Of a stretch of DNA of 62,293 bases, positions 39,955-47,910 are shown piece by piece (positions within the stretch are counted from its first letter, which is position 1; each line of letters starts with the position of its first letter). Where the stretch lies: positions 1 to 62,293 of IMG/VR virus record IMGVR_UViG_3300031726_000004; one strand, 5' to 3'. The translations under genes were made by a program, and so were the position numbers. This stretch comes from a virus (Duplodnaviria > Caudoviricetes). The notes under the pieces were generated by a model, which ran no database searches, was not told the origin of the DNA, and saw only the letters and a program-made list of their open reading frames with translations.

Positions 39955-40148
39955 GATGGCTTTGCCATGAAATCGTGCGCCCAATTCTGTTTGTAGCCAC
40001 AGCCCTTGCAAACCCAGCCCTTTGCTGTCGCGGTCAATTCGCGCCCCTGATGACTGTTCGGGCACGTGAACGGATGCACCGCATCATTGCCTTGCCAGCG
40101 ATTGAGCGCGGCTACCTGTTCATCAGTCCAAGGGGCTGTTATCTTCAT
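39951..40148 (-). CDS. Small Cys/His zinc-binding protein
   Basis: HPFTC...WVCKGCGY.QNWAH. Confidence 0.6.
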   Translation of the reverse strand: MKITAPWTDEQVAALNRWQGNDAVHPFTCPNSHQGRELTATAKGWVCKGCGYKQNWAHDFMAKPS

Positions 40149-40591
40149 GCGATTTCGTTGACGATCGCTTTGACAACGGGTGTGCATTGACTGCACCATG
40201 TCCAGAGCCGATCAAACTCCATGACACCGCGAAGCGTGCCGCCACATTCGCATTTGCCAGTGTCAACACCGCCGCGTCGTAAAGACGTGATCAATGACAC
40301 GGGGATGGCATAGCCACCGCCGCGCAATTTCACCAACCAGCCTTCATAGATTGCATTGCCGGGCTGGTTGGCGTGCGCCCCGATGTTGCGCAACACCGCA
40401 TGCCACTTCAGATCGGTCAGCCGATGGCGCTGACATTCCTTGTCCTGTTTAGTCAGTTCGATGAAGTCGCATAGATAGAATTTCAGATAGGCGAAGTTTG
40501 CTTCGCCATAGGGGCGCGTCCAGCAACAGGCCTCAACGGCGGTTGCGATCTCGGTTTCAGTGGAGCGCTCACCGGCTGGAATGATCTTCAT
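40145..40591 (-). CDS. Hypothetical protein with C-terminal Zn ribbon
   Basis: CECGG...CSQC. Confidence 0.5.
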   Translation of the reverse strand: MKIIPAGERSTETEIATAVEACCWTRPYGEANFAYLKFYLCDFIELTKQDKECQRHRLTDLKWHAVLRNIGAHANQPGNAIYEGWLVKLRGGGYAIPVSLITSLRRGGVDTGKCECGGTLRGVMEFDRLWTWCSQCTPVVKAIVNEIA

Positions 40592-40902
40592 CGGCTGTAC
40601 CTCGGTGGTGGCTTGTCGTTGATCACGAAATGCCGGCATGACGCGGCATCGTTCGGCACGGCCGCGCCTTGCTTCCCGGTCAACGCTTTGTATTTGGCGC
40701 ATAGCGCGGGCTTGATCAGGCCGCCCCATTTCCCCGTTCTGGCGTAGTAAGCAAAGCTTTCGTGATGCCAGTGACGACACTCCCGACAGGTGAGACCACG
40801 TGGCCCGGTGCCAGCGAAATGCGCCATGCCGGGGAACGAGTCGAATTGACCGCTGTCGAGATCGGTCAGTTTGTCCGATAGCGCGTCAATGAAGATGTTC
40901 AC
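40588..40902 (-). CDS. Cys-rich hypothetical protein
   Basis: GMAHFAGTGP..TCRECRHW...CAKY...CRHF. Confidence 0.55.
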   Translation of the reverse strand: MNIFIDALSDKLTDLDSGQFDSFPGMAHFAGTGPRGLTCRECRHWHHESFAYYARTGKWGGLIKPALCAKYKALTGKQGAAVPNDAASCRHFVINDKPPPRYSR

Positions 40903-41084
40903 GTGATCACCTTGCGCGCTTGATCGATGACGATTTGCAGATCGAAAAATTCCGGGCTGTGCCGATACTCCGCGCTCCAGTCGCGTTCGTAATTGTCGAA
41001 CCATCGCACCAGCGCGCGCAACGTCGTCACGCTTGGATGTTTCATGTTGGTGTCGTGTGCGGATATGTCGTGTTGATCGCTCAT
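40899..41084 (-). CDS. Hypothetical protein
   Basis: Coupled at both ends. Confidence 0.5.
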   Translation of the reverse strand: MSDQHDISAHDTNMKHPSVTTLRALVRWFDNYERDWSAEYRHSPEFFDLQIVIDQARKVIT

Positions 41085-41482
41085 AGGATCACCGCCCCCG
41101 GCTTGAGTGCGTTCCAGCCGCGCAAGATGTCGATGGCTTCGTCGATGGATTTCGCCATGGCCCAGCGATGCCCGAGCCGCGCACAAATCGCGCGAAAGCC
41201 TTTCTGCTCGGTGCGCAGCGTGCCGCCGCGTTTCTTTTTCATCTCCAACCAACCGATGCTGCCTTCATCGGCTGGGAACATGAAACAGAGATCGGCAACA
41301 CCGGAGCGCACGCCCTCGGCCTGCATCTTCATGGCGTTGTTGATGTGGCGATTGCTCTGATTGGGAATGGCGAAGAAATAGATTTCGGGCCGAAGCATGT
41401 AGGCCAACGCGATGACAAGCTGCACCTGCACCGAATGCTCGGACGGATCGAACAACACCGCACGCCTGATGCGCTTGGCCAT
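41081..41482 (-). CDS. VRR-NUC domain nuclease (putative resolvase)
   Basis: SEHSVQ, FAIPN, GVRSGVADL, LEMK..GG.L..EQ. Confidence 0.85.
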   Translation of the reverse strand: MAKRIRRAVLFDPSEHSVQVQLVIALAYMLRPEIYFFAIPNQSNRHINNAMKMQAEGVRSGVADLCFMFPADEGSIGWLEMKKKRGGTLRTEQKGFRAICARLGHRWAMAKSIDEAIDILRGWNALKPGAVIL

Positions 41483-41934
41483 CACTGCACCATTGCCCGT
41501 TGATAGAAGACGGCATGGTGTTGTGCACAAAACCACGATGGGCGACCGTGGACGTTATAGGTGCGCGTGTTGCCGCAACAGATCGCGATCCCATCGTCAC
41601 CGCGCCCGACGATCGCGCGGCAATCATGTGGCCCGACCATGAGCAGCGAGATATTTTGTCCGGCACCCGACATAATGGTGCGCGCCGTGGGGTGCACCAG
41701 CACGACACAGCGCGCACGGCGGGGAGCACGGGGAGCAACACCAGCAGCGGGTTTGCGACGCTTGACCGGCTGGTGAACAACAGACCCGGCCAAACCCAGA
41801 CGATTTATTTTTCCACAGACCGAGCCGATGGTTATTTTCATCCGGCTTGCGATCTTGGATCGGCTCAAGCCTTCCGCGTGATATTTCGTCAGATCATCAA
41901 CGGCTTGCGCGCTCCATGTTTCCCTGCCTACCAT
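41482..41934 (-). CDS. GcrA-like regulator
   Basis: W....L.....EGLSRSKIA....TIGSVCGKINRLGL; C-terminal CRAIVG..CCG...FCAQH. Confidence 0.8.
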   Translation of the reverse strand: MVGRETWSAQAVDDLTKYHAEGLSRSKIASRMKITIGSVCGKINRLGLAGSVVHQPVKRRKPAAGVAPRAPRRARCVVLVHPTARTIMSGAGQNISLLMVGPHDCRAIVGRGDDGIAICCGNTRTYNVHGRPSWFCAQHHAVFYQRAMVQ

Positions 41935-42038
41935 CGGTTACAACTTTCAATTGACCGTCAGCGTTTCTTGACAAAATTAAGAATGCGCGTTAGTCCGAAT
42001 ACCCAAGTACCCCATGCGATAGACGGGCCTTGTTAGCT

Positions 42039-42242
42039 TTATGGGTATGGGTAAAGGTCCGGGCGCACCTTGTAGCGAGGGAGACCTAGGAATTTGGCAA
42101 CCTTGATCGCGTGTTGGGCAGGCACTTTTCGCCACATCCAAACGGCGCTGCGGCTTATGCCAAGCTCTTTCCCGATTGCCGCTGCTAGGCCGCGTTGTTC
42201 GCGGATCATCTCAGCCACGGGGTTGCCCTCGGCCTTCGGCAT
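42039..42242 (-). CDS. cro: Cro/YdaS-like repressor
   Basis: LGISRSAVWMWRKVP...RPDLY; divergent from CI. Confidence 0.85.
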   Translation of the reverse strand: MPKAEGNPVAEMIREQRGLAAAIGKELGISRSAVWMWRKVPAQHAIKVAKFLGLPRYKVRPDLYPYP

Positions 42243-42336
42243 GGTCTGCCCTCGTTAACCTTTGTCGGGCGTATTGAGTAAATCCAAAAGCGGCAGTTAG
42301 CTAGACGGTTATCAACCGGGAAATAGAGGCTAGACC

Positions 42337-43083
42337 ATGTCTCACCATCAAACGACGGATCGGCTTGCAACTCTTGGCGGTAGACTTCGATCGGTGCGAC
42401 TAGCGCGCGGGTTGACTGCCGAAACCATCGCCAAGGAATTGGAAGTCTCGCGTCCGACCATCACGACGTGGGAAGCCGACAAGGTTGAGAAGGTGTCAGA
42501 AGACAAACTGAAAGCGTTCTCGCGTCTGACCAACGTTTCGTTTGAATGGTTGTTGGCTGGTGTCGGTGCGCCGCCTGATCTTCCGCTTGATATCCCGAGC
42601 GACAAGTTCAAGGGCATGCGGACTGATCAGATCATCAAGACAATCCATCATGGTCCCGATCTCGCGCGGGATATGGTTGCGGTGCCCGATCATGGATCGG
42701 CTACGCCTGACGCTGCCAACGCTCAGCCGCAAGCGCGCTGGATGATCCCGCGTGACGTGCTGTCCTACGCGATGAACTGCGACCCAACGCGCACCATCAT
42801 TCAACGCGTGTTAGCCGCACCACCGAGCCGCGACATTGGATTTGCGCGCGGTGACTTCATCCTGATTGATACCAGCCGCACCAAGATCAATGAGCCCGGC
42901 ACGTACATCATTATCGATGGTGACACCGACCTGTCGTCTTGGACATGGGCGCTTGCGCGTGATCAGGATGACGGCCCGTTGTCGGTGACGATCTATGATC
43001 ACGCGAAGCCGCCGCTTGTCGAAACGCTCAACAGCAATCGCTCGGTGAGCGGAAGACTAATGGCTGTGCTTCGATCGGTGTAG
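42337..43083 (+). CDS. cI: CI-like repressor (XRE HTH plus degenerate S24-like domain)
   Basis: LGGRLRSVR..RGLT..VSRPTITTWE..VSFEWLLAG; GDFILIDTS. Confidence 0.8.
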   Translation: MSHHQTTDRLATLGGRLRSVRLARGLTAETIAKELEVSRPTITTWEADKVEKVSEDKLKAFSRLTNVSFEWLLAGVGAPPDLPLDIPSDKFKGMRTDQIIKTIHHGPDLARDMVAVPDHGSATPDAANAQPQARWMIPRDVLSYAMNCDPTRTIIQRVLAAPPSRDIGFARGDFILIDTSRTKINEPGTYIIIDGDTDLSSWTWALARDQDDGPLSVTIYDHAKPPLVETLNSNRSVSGRLMAVLRSV

Positions 43084-43127
43084 CTAACTAGAGTTGTAGC
43101 GTCAGCAAAATTTAAACTAACATCCCC

Positions 43128-43161
43128 TTGACATGGGCAACGGCTAGGACTTTGCTAGCCG
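43128..43161 (+). promoter_or_regulatory. Putative promoter of rightward operon with palindrome CGGCTAG-N7-CTAGCCG
   Basis: TTGACA at 43128; palindrome 43141-43161 covers the spacer and -10 region. Confidence 0.55.
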
Positions 43162-43208
43162 CGTTCCGCCGTGGCTTGCGCGGCTGACAAATTGTCGGGG
43201 ACTGATCA

Positions 43209-43622
43209 ATGCCAAAGTCAGGATTGATGCCAGCGCCAGCGCTGGAACGAACACCCGCGCCTTATGATCAACCGCCGTCACTGTTGCCGTTCTTTCGCGA
43301 CGATGCCGCGCGTTATGTGTGGATGATCCGCGAAGTCGATCGACGCACCAAAGATCGACCGTTCGCGCGTGACACGGCCTTCCGCAATTGCGGTGCGTTG
43401 GCCTTCGGCATCAGTGTTGATGAACTGCTATCGGCGGAAGCCGGCGCACGTAAACCTCACCTCATGGTGCCGCGCCAGAAATTGATTTGCGCGACCCGGT
43501 TGCTCACTGGCGCGACGTGGCATCGACTCGGCTTTGTATTCCAGCGCGATCACTCCACCATCATCAACAATTACAATCGCGCATTCGATGATGTCGCACC
43601 GATCCTGCGCAAGCTGGCGTGA
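43209..43622 (+). CDS. DnaA C-terminal (domain IV)-like HTH protein
   Basis: FGISVDELLS...PRQ......LT....LGFVFQRDHSTII. Confidence 0.75.
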   Translation: MPKSGLMPAPALERTPAPYDQPPSLLPFFRDDAARYVWMIREVDRRTKDRPFARDTAFRNCGALAFGISVDELLSAEAGARKPHLMVPRQKLICATRLLTGATWHRLGFVFQRDHSTIINNYNRAFDDVAPILRKLA

Positions 43623-43631
43623 GACGATGCG

Positions 43632-43826
43632 ATGTCGCTGGTGCATCTCACCGATACCGAGATCATGACAGCGCTGTGCTGCGGCACCGAGTGCCGCACC
43701 GAAACAGGTGTGTGTCATCGCACCGACTTCATCACAGAGGCCGCGCGCGTGCGGGCCATGCTTGAAAAGAAATCAACCGAGCCGACCCTGATCATTCTCG
43801 AAACGGAGACCGATCATGATGTCTGA
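43632..43826 (+). CDS. Small Cys-containing hypothetical protein
   Basis: Co-oriented small ORF. Confidence 0.5.
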   Translation: MSLVHLTDTEIMTALCCGTECRTETGVCHRTDFITEAARVRAMLEKKSTEPTLIILETETDHDV

Positions 43827-43983
43827 ATTTTCGAGCGGATTGGTGATCGGGCTGATTGTCGGTCTCTTGCTCGGTGCAACGTTCGGAGCGGTTTTGCTCG
43901 GTGCGTTCATGGCCGGCAAGCGCAACGACGAACGGCGCGAGCGCGAAAATTGGCTCGCCAGCTACAACAACGACGACAGATGA
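43819..43983 (+). CDS. Small membrane protein (54 aa, not in ORF track)
   Basis: MSEFSSGLVIGLIVGLLLGATFGAVLLGAFMAGKR... Confidence 0.55.
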   Translation: MSEFSSGLVIGLIVGLLLGATFGAVLLGAFMAGKRNDERRERENWLASYNNDDR

Positions 43984-43992
43984 AAGGAGTTA

Positions 43993-44057
43993 AACCGCGC
44001 ACCGCTACGCTACGCTACGCTACACCGCGCTGCGCCCCGCTCAGCAACGCAACGTTT
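43993..44057 (+). ncRNA. Candidate guide-RNA unit: 13 YRC-NN pentamers upstream of the Cas7-like gene
   Basis: cgc-ac cgc-ta x4 cac-cg cgc-tg cgc-cc cgc-tc agc-aa cgc-aa cgt-tt; the repeat is seen, RNA status and strand are inferred. Confidence 0.6.
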
Positions 44058-44102
44058 TTGTCATCGGGGATCGATCCCCATCGAAACAAAAGGGAACGTA
44101 TC

Positions 44103-44660
44103 ATGCGATCTGTCTCAGTAACACTCCAATCAACCACGCCCTATTCGCAGAGTCGGCAACATGAGACCGCAAAACAGTCAGGCGAAACCGCCGACGCATA
44201 CGAAGTTCGAACGTGGCGGGAGAAATGCAACACCACCGACAAAGGTTTGGTCTTCATCCCGGCAATGGCATTGAAGCAAGCGCTTGATGCCGCCGCGAAG
44301 AAAGCCGGTCTACAAATTCCCGGCAAGGGCAAATCGACCTACGCGAAGTATTTTCTGGCAGATGTCATCTGCGATGCAGATGTCGTTCTCTCGGTGCAGA
44401 AGAAAGACGTTTCATCGGTTCGCATCAGCGCAAACGTTGATGGTGTTCGCGGCAGTGGCAAGCGAGTTTGGCGAACGTTTCCAGTTGTTCCGAGTTGGAC
44501 GGCTCAAGCTGATTTCACGATCATGGATGACACCGTGTCGAAAGAGGTGTTCGAAAAAATGCTGGCCATTGCCGGCGCGTCAATCGGCATCGGCCGCTTT
44601 CGTCCTGAAAAGGGCGGGTTGAATGGTCGCTTCAAACCAACCAAGTTTGAATGGAATTAA
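44103..44660 (+). CDS. Solo Cas7/RAMP-like protein (candidate RNA-guided effector)
   Basis: N-terminal strand VTLQSTTPY, FIPAMALKQAL (RAMP IPxxxLK helix), C-terminal Gly loop GIGRFRPEKGGLNGRF; RBS AGGGA; true start 44103. Confidence 0.75.
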   Translation: MRSVSVTLQSTTPYSQSRQHETAKQSGETADAYEVRTWREKCNTTDKGLVFIPAMALKQALDAAAKKAGLQIPGKGKSTYAKYFLADVICDADVVLSVQKKDVSSVRISANVDGVRGSGKRVWRTFPVVPSWTAQADFTIMDDTVSKEVFEKMLAIAGASIGIGRFRPEKGGLNGRFKPTKFEWN

Positions 44661-45139
44661 TCCCCATGATCTTCATCGCCAGACCAGAACACGCAGAGAC
44701 CGCACGCAAGATCATCGCGGCGCTTGTCGGTGTGAATGATGAAATCTCAGATGAAGCCTTGAGCATGGTTGTTGGTCAACAAATCGCACCGACAGACACG
44801 CCGATGAAATCCGCGCTGCGTTCACTTGAGCGCAGCAATCCCCCGATCCACTTCCGACGCATCCGCAAGATTGGTTGGAAACGAATGAATGATCCCGATT
44901 TGGTCACGCATTCAGAAACCGATCTCAAGAAAATCTATCGTGCCGGGAGACGTGGTCACAAGAAACTTGGCCACGCTCAATTCGACAATCTGTCGAACGG
45001 TCAGCAACTCCAAGCCGCAAGAAACTCCGCGCGATTTGCGGCAATAGAGAATGCCGCTTCCGTGACACCGGTGCGGCCGATTAGCTCAATCCCCGATCTG
45101 AAAACTGTTCTAGAAAAGATCAAGGAACAAGCGTCATGA
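44651..45139 (+). CDS. Accessory protein of the Cas7-like locus (wHTH-like N-terminus, basic helix)
   Basis: Coupled to the Cas7-like gene; ISDEALSMVVG...HFRRIRKIGWKRM; alternative start 44666. Confidence 0.6.
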   Translation: MELIPMIFIARPEHAETARKIIAALVGVNDEISDEALSMVVGQQIAPTDTPMKSALRSLERSNPPIHFRRIRKIGWKRMNDPDLVTHSETDLKKIYRAGRRGHKKLGHAQFDNLSNGQQLQAARNSARFAAIENAASVTPVRPISSIPDLKTVLEKIKEQAS

Positions 45140-45178
45140 CCCGATCGCGGCAACACAGACACGAACGAAGTGTGGTGT

Positions 45179-45814
45179 TGCCGCGCGCCGCGTTGCCACG
45201 CGGTGCAACGCGACGCGACGCAACGCAACGACCTGTCCAGTTTGTCACCGCAACGCGACGCCAACGCCGCTTGCCGCAACACGGCGCTTCACACCACTCC
45301 GCTCCACATTGCTTTGCATCACACCGCAACGTTTTCCGATTTTCTCCCGCGCATCGCACCACGACACAATACCACGCTACACGCGGCCCCGCCGTGCCTC
45401 GCAACGCCCTGCAACACATCGCAACGTTTGCAAAGTTCACTATCGCAGCGCATCACATCGCGACACGATGCCTTGCTCTGCAACTCGGCACTGCGCGCCG
45501 CGTTGCTTCGCATCACGTTTCAGTGCAACGCAACGCAACGCAACGTCTGTCGAAATCAGCACCGCGTCGCCGTGCCAGCGCGGCGCAGCGCGACGCCACA
45601 CAACGCATCGTCCACACACCGCATCGTCAATGCAACGCAACGAACGTTTCTATCGAGATCAACAACGCTGCGCGATGCGCCACTGCACGACGCGCCACCT
45701 CACGACCCAACGCAACGCAACGTCTATCGAGATCACCAACGCTACGCGACGCGTCGCAACTCGACACTACGCCGCACGATGCGACACAACGCTTCACGAC
45801 ACAACGCAACATTC
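45179..45814 (+). repeat. Array of about seven YRC-NN pentamer-periodic units (candidate guide RNA array)
   Basis: Units at 45179, 45249/45275, 45350, 45444, 45558, 45661, 45735; most end in CGCAACGT; recurring linker CTRTCGARATC. Confidence 0.85.
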
Positions 45815-45842
45815 CCTTTCACCAGTTCAAGGAATGCGTATC

Positions 45843-46175
45843 ATGTACCTGCGTATCATCATCGGGCTACTCGCCGCGTTGATCGCGACATCCGCCTTTG
45901 CCGCCGACAATTTCGACAGCCTATGGCAAAGCCGCGTCGAACAACATCCGACATTCGAGGCATTTGCACTTGTGCAACTACCTGAAGCCACTGCGTTCAT
46001 AAAAGCGGCCCAGAAATTCGACATCCGGCAATTCAATGAAGATGTTGAGCGCATCGAACGGCATCGACGCCACCGACAAGAGCACAACAGCAGCGAGCAT
46101 CGCCGCATCTGGTACACACGTAACAATCACAAATATTACTACTATGCGAGGCATCGCCATGGCCGCCGGGCGTGA
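45843..46175 (+). CDS. Secreted/membrane hypothetical protein
   Basis: Signal-peptide-like MYLRIIIGLLAALIATSAFA; RBS AGGA. Confidence 0.6.
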   Translation: MYLRIIIGLLAALIATSAFAADNFDSLWQSRVEQHPTFEAFALVQLPEATAFIKAAQKFDIRQFNEDVERIERHRRHRQEHNSSEHRRIWYTRNNHKYYYYARHRHGRRA

Positions 46176-46363
46176 CTTCATGGTCTTGATCCGCATGCGT
46201 ACCGACGACAGACAAGACAAGGATGCCGCGCGCCAGCGCTTGCACAATTGGCTTGAAACGTTCGGGCACACATCGGTCAGTCATGGATTTGATTTTCTCG
46301 AAACTGTGTCGTTTACCCAACGCGGCAAGCGTGTCGCATCAAAGAAGAAAGCGAGACCATCAC

Positions 46364-46684
46364 ATGAAACGAGCCGTGAAAAAGACAGCGCGCCAGCCCC
46401 GGACCATCAAGCCGAAAGGCGTGTTGCTGACCGAACAGCAATGGAATGATCACACCACCGCGCAGACACAGACGGTGCAATCGACAGAGCAGACCGGCAA
46501 GCTTGCGGCTTCGCTCAAGACGCAGTTGGATAAGCGCGAAAAGGATCTGAAAACAACCTTGACGCAAATCACCGTGCTGCTCACGGACATCAAGGCGTTG
46601 GTCGGACTGCTCAAGGTCGTCGATGTCGCGGCGGCACCCGTCGAAGCCGAACCGAACGGTGCTGCACCAGATGCCCAACCGTGA
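46364..46684 (+). CDS. Coiled-coil hypothetical protein
   Basis: Start MKRAVKK. Confidence 0.5.
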   Translation: MKRAVKKTARQPRTIKPKGVLLTEQQWNDHTTAQTQTVQSTEQTGKLAASLKTQLDKREKDLKTTLTQITVLLTDIKALVGLLKVVDVAAAPVEAEPNGAAPDAQP

Positions 46685-47000
46685 AGCCTTGCCGCCGCGC
46701 CGCAACTCGCACACCTTCAATCTAGATTGGGGCGGGTTCAATCGTGCCTATGCGGTAACGGTTGGTCATTACGATGACGGGCGCATCGGTGAGGTGTTCA
46801 TCACGGGCGGCAAGTCCGGCGAAGTCGTGGAAGCCATCGCACGCGATGGCGCGGTGTTGATGTCGATCGCGCTGCAATACGGCGCGAGTGTCGAGACGAT
46901 CGCAGGCGCGATCACGCGCGACGGGCAAGGCGCACCATCAAGCATTGTCGGCGTGGTGATCGATCGGTTGAGGGAAATGGCCAATGAACAAGAACAATGA
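46671..47000 (+). CDS. Stand-alone class II ribonucleotide reductase C-terminal (TSCPD-like) domain
   Basis: REALPPRR..T, VTVGHYDDGRIGEVFI, SIALQYG, SSIVG. Confidence 0.75.
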   Translation: MPNREALPPRRNSHTFNLDWGGFNRAYAVTVGHYDDGRIGEVFITGGKSGEVVEAIARDGAVLMSIALQYGASVETIAGAITRDGQGAPSSIVGVVIDRLREMANEQEQ

Positions 47001-47610
47001 CGATGACGACGACAAGCCGGGCTTGACGATCACACTCAATTCGAATGCGAGTAGTGCGGCCTTCCTCGGTGTCGGTGGTCCGCGCGAGATCACCGACCCG
47101 ATCGACATCCCGCCCTATGTCAAAGGACCGCACGGCATGGCGTGGAAATGCGACGCTGCGGTTGGCCGCGCCAAGCTGAAAATTAAGCCGGAAGACGACG
47201 CCACCTTGGTGCATTGGGTGATCGAAGCACCATGGGCGCATCCGATATGGCATTCCTATTCGCTGATCTTGGTGCACCTGCGGCCAATGCCCGATGGCCG
47301 CAAGACCTTGATGTATGTCGATGATGCGACCCATGAACTTTGGCTGTATGCGCTCAATCCCGAGATCGACCGCAACCCGATGGTGCGCACCGGTCTTGTC
47401 GAAGGCAACTTCCTGACTCCGGTCAACTACGCGTCGCAATTCGTCGAAGTCGATGACGCCTTGGCGCTGTTTCGCATTCAACAGGCGGTGCAAGAAATCT
47501 GCAACGGCACGCTGTCACCCGATGTCGATTTCAGTTCGATGTGGGTTGATCGGTTTGGCAACAACATGATGAAAGACCGGCCCAACTATCGCAAACCAAA
47601 AGAGCGATGA
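46984..47610 (+). CDS. Hypothetical protein (APWAHPIWHSY)
   Basis: Coupled ORF. Confidence 0.6.
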   Translation: MNKNNDDDDDKPGLTITLNSNASSAAFLGVGGPREITDPIDIPPYVKGPHGMAWKCDAAVGRAKLKIKPEDDATLVHWVIEAPWAHPIWHSYSLILVHLRPMPDGRKTLMYVDDATHELWLYALNPEIDRNPMVRTGLVEGNFLTPVNYASQFVEVDDALALFRIQQAVQEICNGTLSPDVDFSSMWVDRFGNNMMKDRPNYRKPKER

Positions 47611-47906
47611 CGATGACAGCCACCGCATTGAGAAAGCCGTGGGGCTTCCACACGCGCGGCAGAGAACGACCCGAACCGAAATTGCAGGTAGCTCACATGA
47701 TCGTCAAGGTTCAAGTCCCGCTTGCGACCAATGATCCCGATGCATTGGCGCTGGTGTATGCGAAAGGCCATATCGGCATGACGCAACAGGCCTTGAGCCC
47801 CGGCACGTTGCGCCAGATGAAGGGCGATGCAAAGGCGTTCTTCGAAGGTCATCACAACGGCAAGCGCTGGGTGATCGGCGCGCGCGTCAAAGATCAGGAC
47901 TGGTGA
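47607..47906 (+). CDS. Hypothetical protein
   Basis: Coupled ORF. Confidence 0.55.
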   Translation: MTMTATALRKPWGFHTRGRERPEPKLQVAHMIVKVQVPLATNDPDALALVYAKGHIGMTQQALSPGTLRQMKGDAKAFFEGHHNGKRWVIGARVKDQDW

Positions 47907-47910
47907 TGCG

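Noticed and set aside
41977-41993. CtrA box
   Set aside because: TTAA-N9-TTAG does not fit the TTAA-N7-TTAA consensus.
43950-44102. N-terminal extension of the 236-aa ORF
   Set aside because: It translates the upstream pentamer unit; the RBS supports ATG 44103.
45179-45814. Canonical CRISPR array or simple microsatellite
   Set aside because: There are no 25-40 bp identical repeats with unique spacers, and the NN positions are too diverse for slippage.
45136-45985. Long overlapping ORFs across the pentamer array (248, 271 and 288 aa)
   Set aside because: All three frames give similar R/T/A/Q/H low-complexity text. This is expected from a 5-nt period that rarely makes stops; only the part from ATG 45843 looks coding.
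46128-46150. Possible self-target of the upstream unit (TAT TAC TAC TAT matches TAx4)
   Set aside because: Flanking dinucleotides do not match. No self-target was found by eye, but no exhaustive search was possible.
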